A stretch of 64,000 bases of DNA from Macrostomum hystrix. Its lineage: Eukaryota; Animalia; Platyhelminthes. Shown here piece after piece: positions 55,297-64,000 of the stretch. Where the stretch lies: positions 1,178,001 to 1,242,000 of the forward strand of contig CATNEN010000035.1 in the NCBI GenBank assembly GCA_950097015.1, read 5' to 3'. Within the stretch, counting starts at the first letter, position 1. Each line of letters opens with the position of its first letter. The notes beneath the pieces were generated by a model. It was not told the DNA's origin and did no database searches. It was given only the letters and a program-made list of their open reading frames with translations. The position numbers and the translations under genes were made by a program.

Positions 55297-56949
55297 TATT
55301 TTATTTTGCGAACAACATATTAAAACTTAGCATTTAGCAAGTGTTCTAACTTAACATTTAAAACATAACAACTTAACATCTGAAGAACAAGTTCAAGTTC
55401 TAGAAATAGCACCTTAATTACAATGACATGTCATAGGAAAAAAATAGCTAGGCCTATCATTCACAAAAATTTGCTGCAAAATAATTATTAGTGTTTGATA
55501 AAATGGTTTGGCCTTACTAATTTAGACTGGGCCTTACAGTAATGTATAATATTAATAAATATGCCTTATGAGTAATTATGGGCCTCAATAGACAAGGCCT
55601 ATATAAAGCTGGAACTCTAGGGTTAAAAAATAAAAGTAGTTTAGACAGGCATAATATGCTAAATTGCTAATAAAACAGTACATTTAGTTTTAATCTAGGC
55701 CATAATTTTATTACTGCTGAAGATAAGTTATCAGCTTTGTGCAAGGAAAATCTATTGAAGCCTGAAGGGTTAGGATTTCACATAGCTGTCAATCTATGTA
55801 GTCAAGAAAAGGACCCAACAAAGCCAAATATCATCAAGACAAGGTAAATATGCACCCATAAAATTACTTCGAAAATTTTGTCGTTAGACCTGAGCAAGTA
55901 CATACAATGTTGGGTTAGCTAGCTACTTCCAGTGCATTAAGTCAAGTTTCTGATGTTGACTTACAATTTGTACTAGGCCTAACCTTCCAACAAATGAACA
56001 AACTGATAACGAAAACGCTAAAAAACTTTGTGTATTTAAGCTTCAGTTGCAGAGAGGAAAGGGTATGAAATGGCTGGGTATGAAATAGGCCTACGCACAC
56101 AGTAAGGTGTACCAATGTACACGGCTGCTAGAAAATTTGTCTCCTACACTATACAAATATAAAGTGATGGCAATGCACAAATATTTGATAATGTACATTT
56201 CTGAACCGACAATAAACTGTCACCGTGTAGAGGCTTGTGTAGCTGCGATATTCATGAACACAAAGCATCTAATTGTAACGTGAAAGGGAAAGTGCACGTG
56301 ATAGATTAAAATTTATTATAGCGGACTGTAAAATAACTTCAATTGAGAAATAAGTTTCTCTCGAATTTACAAAAATCTTAATTTACAAGATTCTAGCGAC
56401 GAAGGGTCGAGAAGTCTGAAAAATTAATTCGTTTCTATTATTGGTTTAAGAAAGACTTCATACAGTTCAATCAGATAGACATTTTACATGAAATATCGGT
56501 CTCTGTGCAAACCTAAGAAACCTAACTGAAATAGAATGAAGTAGAAAGTTGACAGTAGAATCACGGTGCACTAGCAAATCGTCAAAAAATTGATGGCCGA
56601 TTTTTAGTATTTAGAAGAATGCTGTAATTTTTAGTTGCGTTTAGAAAGTTCTCAACGCTCCGCCTCCTGACTCCGGTCCCCTTCCGATTCTGGACCAGAC
56701 TGCGAAGAAGCCGCCCGAGTTGGCCTTCATCTGCTCGATCATCAGGACTTCAAACCGTCTGCTCCAAGCAGTTTTAACATTGGGCCCATTTTTGTCACCG
56801 AAGTCCGTCAAGCGTTGGTCACTACACGCTCGGATGCCGCAGCTGATGTTAATGAAATTCCCCCTCGGGTGCTCAATTGCTCCCTGACTTCTTGCACGTC
56901 ATTACAAACTTGCTAAATAAGCACACCCATCCATGGAGGAAACCCAGAC

Positions 56950-58360
56950 GCTCGCGCTCCATCTGCCTGGCGAACCTCGAAAATTGTTTCCATCCCAAAG
57001 AAAGGGCCGTCAACTAGCCTTGATAATCAGCGTGGCATTGCTCTGCAGTGTACTCTTTGCAAGCTGCTCAACTCTACCATTCGAACCACTTGCTCCCTGG
57101 GCTCAATCATCTGCTCCTTAGCATTCAAAGCGGTATCAGGCCAGGACGATCTACTTCCGCGCAGATCGTTACCCTCTGCATCATCATCGAAACCTGTTTG
57201 ACTCGTCATAAGGCCGTCTAAATCGTGTTTATAGACTTCCGGAAGGCTTTTGACTCTGTGGCGCGCTCGATTAATTATCTCCTGGTTGCTAACCCAGTAC
57301 GGGGTACCAGATGCGCTGATCACTGCTGTCACTGACCTCTACATGCATGGACACGCGTGCCTTCGTCCAGACTCCTGATGGGCCAACGGCCGAAGTTGGC
57401 CCCTGCTCTGGAGTTCTTCAAGGTGATAACTTGGCTCCTCTTCTTTTTATCTTGTTCATCGACTACATCCTGCGACGCGCGCTAAGGGAAGATGATGGCT
57501 ACATCATGACCACTCGTCGAGGTTCGCACCACCCTTCCGTCACCCTCGGTGCGCTTGCCTTCGCTGACGACATCGCTCTCACCTGCAAGGACCCGTGTGC
57601 TGCTCAACACGCCGTCACCAGACTTTGCGAAGAAGCCGCCCGAGTTGGCCTCGTGGTCCATGCCCGCAAAACCGAGGTTCTTCACGTGGGAACCGATAAC
57701 AGCCCTTCGCTGACTCTCCCGAGTGGTGAGCAAATCATGGCCTGCGACGACTTTCGCTACCTCGGTTCCCTCGTCACGACCCCTGAGACAATCATCGCCG
57801 ATCGAAGGACGCAAGCTTGGCAAGCTGCCATCAAGCTGCGCCCGATTTTCTCCTCTGCTGCCGCCGACAAATTAAAGATAAATATTTTTCATGCTGCCGT
57901 CGAAACCATCCTGCTCTACGGCCTGGAGGCGGTCCCCATGACTCAATCGAGGGAAAGAAGTATCGACGCCTCTCACAGAGCCCTTCTTTGCTATGCTATC
58001 GGCGTCCGCTACCCAGAGACCATCTCCAACCGTCACCTGGCGAGACGGACGGGCGCTCTGCCAGCCAGCACGATTCTCCGTGGCAGGCGTCAAACCCTCG
58101 CTGGTCACGTCCTCAGGCGCTTCAATCGCGAAGAGGCAAACCCGCTTGCCATATATGGCTCTGCTGCACCAGCCCACTGACCCATTGAGGCGCGGTCGTG
58201 GACAAACTGTCACTCTGCTTAAAACTCTGAACTCTGACCTTGAAGCCAGCATTGGCCTGACCGCTTTGTCTGCGTCTACCTCTCCTTCCCAATTCTATCG
58301 CGAGCGCGTGCGCGCTGATCCCACCTAGTGATCCCCTGCGTATCTTTATTATTATTATTA
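56950..58360 (+). mobile_element. 5'-truncated, frameshifted RTE-like LINE with (TTA)n tail
   Basis: It encodes DFRKAFDSV, GVLQGDNLAPLLFILFIDY, LAFADD, DFRYLGS, ETILLYG and LAGHVLRR, and ends in TTTATTATTATTATT at about 58345-58360. Confidence 0.85.
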
Positions 58361-58835
58361 GAGGTAGGTTTTTTCACAGGGTTGCTCAGCATCTATTCCT
58401 CTTTTATGCTTGAACAGTTTCGGCGGCAACTCATGAATGCGCGAGAAATGTACAACATAGTACAGGTACCCCACTTATTCATTTAAACCTATAGCTTAAA
58501 TCTTGAAAAATAAACGACGATTCAGCCAATGCAATCCTATTGTAATGAGGTTGTCACAAAAACATAGTCAATCGAGTTTTACTTTTCAAAACCCTCCCTG
58601 GATTTTTTATACGCTCGTACAATGAAATGGCAAAGAGCTAAAACAATAGAGCTATTAAATACTAAATTAAAATACTACAGTAGTCTTTGAAGTGTCTGTA
58701 GCAAGAGACTGATTTGAAGTCGAGAGATTGTATGGTAAGAAAGTAAAGTGGAAAACTATACGCTCTCAAATAGATTTAGGAAAAAATAAAGATAAAATAA
58801 TGAAAATTAAAGAAAGTAAAGTTGTTAATGACATT

Positions 58836-64000
<5,165 letters not shown>

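Noticed and set aside
51971-55337. Long ORFs with 9-aa repeats (ELSGTHSYA, QSCQGHIPM, SLTALDGNV)
   Set aside because: They arise because the 27-bp unit is a multiple of 3. Several frames are open at once and 28-bp units break them, so there is no evidence of coding.
56690-56730. Short copy of RTE sequence (GCGAAGAAGCCGCCCGAGTTGGCCT, also at about 57627-57652) upstream of the LINE fragment
   Set aside because: It is most simply a rearranged piece of the same decayed LINE, as is common with 5' truncation, and not a separate system.

Overview
This is eukaryotic, repeat-rich invertebrate genomic DNA. It has GC-rich exons, short GT-AG introns and many minisatellites; a free-living flatworm such as Macrostomum is a guess from that style and is not proven. 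Host genes: a 4-exon mitochondrial chaperonin HSP60 (-), an intronless DEG/ENaC channel (+), a 3-exon SLC49A4/DIRC2-like MFS transporter (+), a complete 14-exon long-type ABCC/MRP1-like transporter (-, about 1618 aa), and the 3' half of a tandem ABCC paralog (-) that runs off the right edge. Mobile DNA: a young Mag-type Ty3/gypsy element with apparently identical 208-bp LTRs and a 5-bp TSD, a mariner (DD34D) inserted at TA in an ABCC intron, a decayed THAP/P-element transposase, two hAT-type MITEs with 8-bp TSDs, two tRNA-derived SINE families, LINE fragments and seven large tandem arrays. Most notable observations: (1) the mariner has an open transposase ORF, but its 5' end is a 460-bp inverted copy of its own 3' end, coding sequence included; (2) gag and pol of the LTR element are in one frame, separated by a single UAG at the NC/protease boundary (candidate readthrough); (3) the ABCC paralogs are about 99% identical in NBD2 and linker blocks but clearly diverged in TMD2; (4) the DEG/ENaC carries Arg at the pore position normally held by Asp or Asn. 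Exon boundaries and identities were read by eye, not computed.
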